DNA from: Leucoraja erinacea
Taxonomy: Eukaryota
Assembly: GCF_028641065.1 (NCBI RefSeq)
Contig: NC_073389.1
Span: 5,456,001-5,520,000, forward strand
Direction: 5' to 3'
DNA length: 64,000 nucleotides
This document shows, one piece after another, positions 62,275-64,000 of this stretch; positions within the stretch are counted from its first letter, which is position 1, and each line of letters starts with the position of its first letter. Both the position numbers and the translations under genes were made by a program. The notes under the pieces are model-generated. The model ran no database searches. It worked only from the letters and a program-made list of their open reading frames with translations, and was not told where the DNA came from.

Positions 62275-62768
62275 AGTCACTGTCAGAGAACTGTACAGCA
62301 AGGAAACAGGCCCTTCGGCCCAACTTGCCTGTGCCAATCAAGTTGACATTCTGTGCCAGTCCCATTTGCCTGTATTTGCCCCATATCACTCTAAGCCTTC
62401 CTGCCCATGTATCTGTACAAATGCCTTTGAAAAATAATTATTGTATCTGTTCTATACTTTCCTCTGGCAGCTCAATCCAGGATACAGACTACTCTATGAG
62501 TGAAAATGTTGCCCCTGAGGTCTCTCTTAAATCTCTCCCCTCACCTTAAGCCTGAGCCGTCTTGTTCTAAAATCTTCTTCCCTGGGGAAAAGATTGTGAG
62601 CGTTCACCTTATCCGTGCCCTTCATGATCTTGTACACGTCAATAAGGTCACCCCTCAGCCTCCTGCGCTCCAAAGTCAAAAGTCCCGGCCTATCCAACCT
62701 CTCCCTGTAACTCAAGCCCACAAGCCCAGGTAACATCCTGGTGAATCTTTTCTGAAACCTCTCCAAGT
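62275..62768 (-). mobile_element. CR1 3' fragment
   Basis: [24 protein letters not shown]...LERRRLRGDL. Confidence 0.82.
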
Positions 62769-62799
62769 TACCAGTTTGTAAAACAAAGCAAAGTTCCAG

Positions 62800-63110
62800 G
62801 ATTTTCAGCATAGCTATTTTAAAATATATATTAGTTACAAAAATACATACAAACAAAAACAAACCCACCACCATAATACAAAATAACAAATATTCTTCAA
62901 CATTAAATAACTATTTCCCCATCCTTATTGAGGTTACATTCCACCTCCCGTGGAGCCCAGCGGTCCTGGAAATCCCCCAGGGCGCCCGTGGACAGCGTGA
63001 AGTCCCTTTCTCGTTCCACCCGGGCACGGACGTACTGTAACCCTGTAAAAGGGGCGGGCAGCAGACTCGGGCATCCAGCGTAGTTCTTGGGGAGATGAAG
63101 TTGGAACTGG
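62800..63110 (-). mobile_element. Tx1/L1-like ORF2 C-terminal fragment
   Basis: VRARVERERDFTLSTGALGDFQDRWAPREVEC...* followed by a T-rich UTR. Confidence 0.5.
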
Positions 63111-63194
63111 GTACGAAATGTCTGGACACAAGCCTGTCATTTATTCCCCTTGTGGCCAGAAGGGGAATAAACTGGCTCTGATTTATGGATTGTG

Positions 63195-63850
63195 TAAGAA
63201 GGAACTGCAGATGCTGGTTTAAACCAAAGATAGACACAAAAAGCTGGAGTAACTCAGTGAGACAGGCATCATCTCTGGAGAGAAGGAATGGGTGATGTTT
63301 CAGGTCTTTCTGAAGAAGGGTGTCGACCTGAAAACGTCACATCACCCATTCCTTCTCTCTAGTGATGCTGCCTGTCCCGCTGAGTTACTCCAGCTTTTTG
63401 TGTCTATTAAATTTGTGGTGTATCGAGTTGTGTATTTCCATTTCGCCTTCATCTCAGCCCTGCCCCTGATGTTGGCTCTGGAGTAATTGGCCCATTGCAT
63501 CTCAGCCGAACCAATCTTGCCTGCACTCATAATGCGTATACAACCTGATATGGATGGTGTGGGCTGGAGGTGTGAAGGGTTGATCGGGTGATACTCGTTA
63601 ATGGGGAATCCTGATGCTAAACCGTGGGGCTCAGCTGAGAATGGATCTATATTTCTGAAGCAAGCTTCCATTTTCAATTTGGTGAAGTAGGTTTAGTCCC
63701 TGACCTAAGATAGACACACAATGCTGGAGTAACTCAGCGGGGCAGGCAGCATCTCTGGAGAGAAGGCCTGGGTTTGACATTCAGCCTGACCTGCTGAGTA
63801 ACTCCAGCACTCTGTATCTTTTCTTGTATACCAGCATCTGCAGTTTCCTT
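63195..63850. repeat. Two inverted pairs of Penelope-derived terminal repeats
   Basis: 63195-63407 and 63708-63850 each hold a forward and a reverse-complement copy. Confidence 0.78.
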
Positions 63851-64000
63851 CTTTCTACTCTTCTCTTCAATTTTTAGCTGTCAACCCACATAGACACTTG
63901 TCATCGTTCTACTTTAGTGCGTTTTTGACATTCTTTCCGTGCCTGAGATTCACGTGCCTGAAATTGCAGGGAGACGGGTTTTTCCGGTTATACTGGCCTT

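Overview
Vertebrate genomic DNA, most likely a skate or ray (inferred from HE1-like V-SINEs, HER1/CR1-like LINEs and Penelope repeats). It is repeat-dense and has three N gaps. Most ORFs in the supplied track are retroelement debris or noise. Three spliced genes were rebuilt by hand from splice sites and reading frames. (1) The last 15 coding exons of CIP2A/KIAA1524 (+, 1348-19260), including an AT-AC minor-spliceosome intron. (2) A complete HHLA2/B7-H7-like gene (-, 21015-38665; leader-V-C-V-TM with almost no cytoplasmic tail), tail-to-tail with CIP2A. (3) Directly upstream of it on the same strand, an unnamed non-rearranging antigen-receptor-like gene (-, 49327-61766): leader, germline-joined VJ domain, C1-set domain, TM and a YxxL tail. 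Its V domain carries CD28H/TMIGD2-type hallmarks, and CD28H is the known receptor of HHLA2. The top finding is this possible physically linked B7 ligand / CD28H-like VJ-C1 receptor pair. Also present: a near full-length IR/DR Tc1 transposon, Penelope elements with minimal hammerhead-ribozyme motifs, a ~1.6 kb foldback element just upstream of HHLA2, and an 11-bp minisatellite that resembles the neighbouring splice donor. Gene identities rest on remembered protein sequences; no database search was run.
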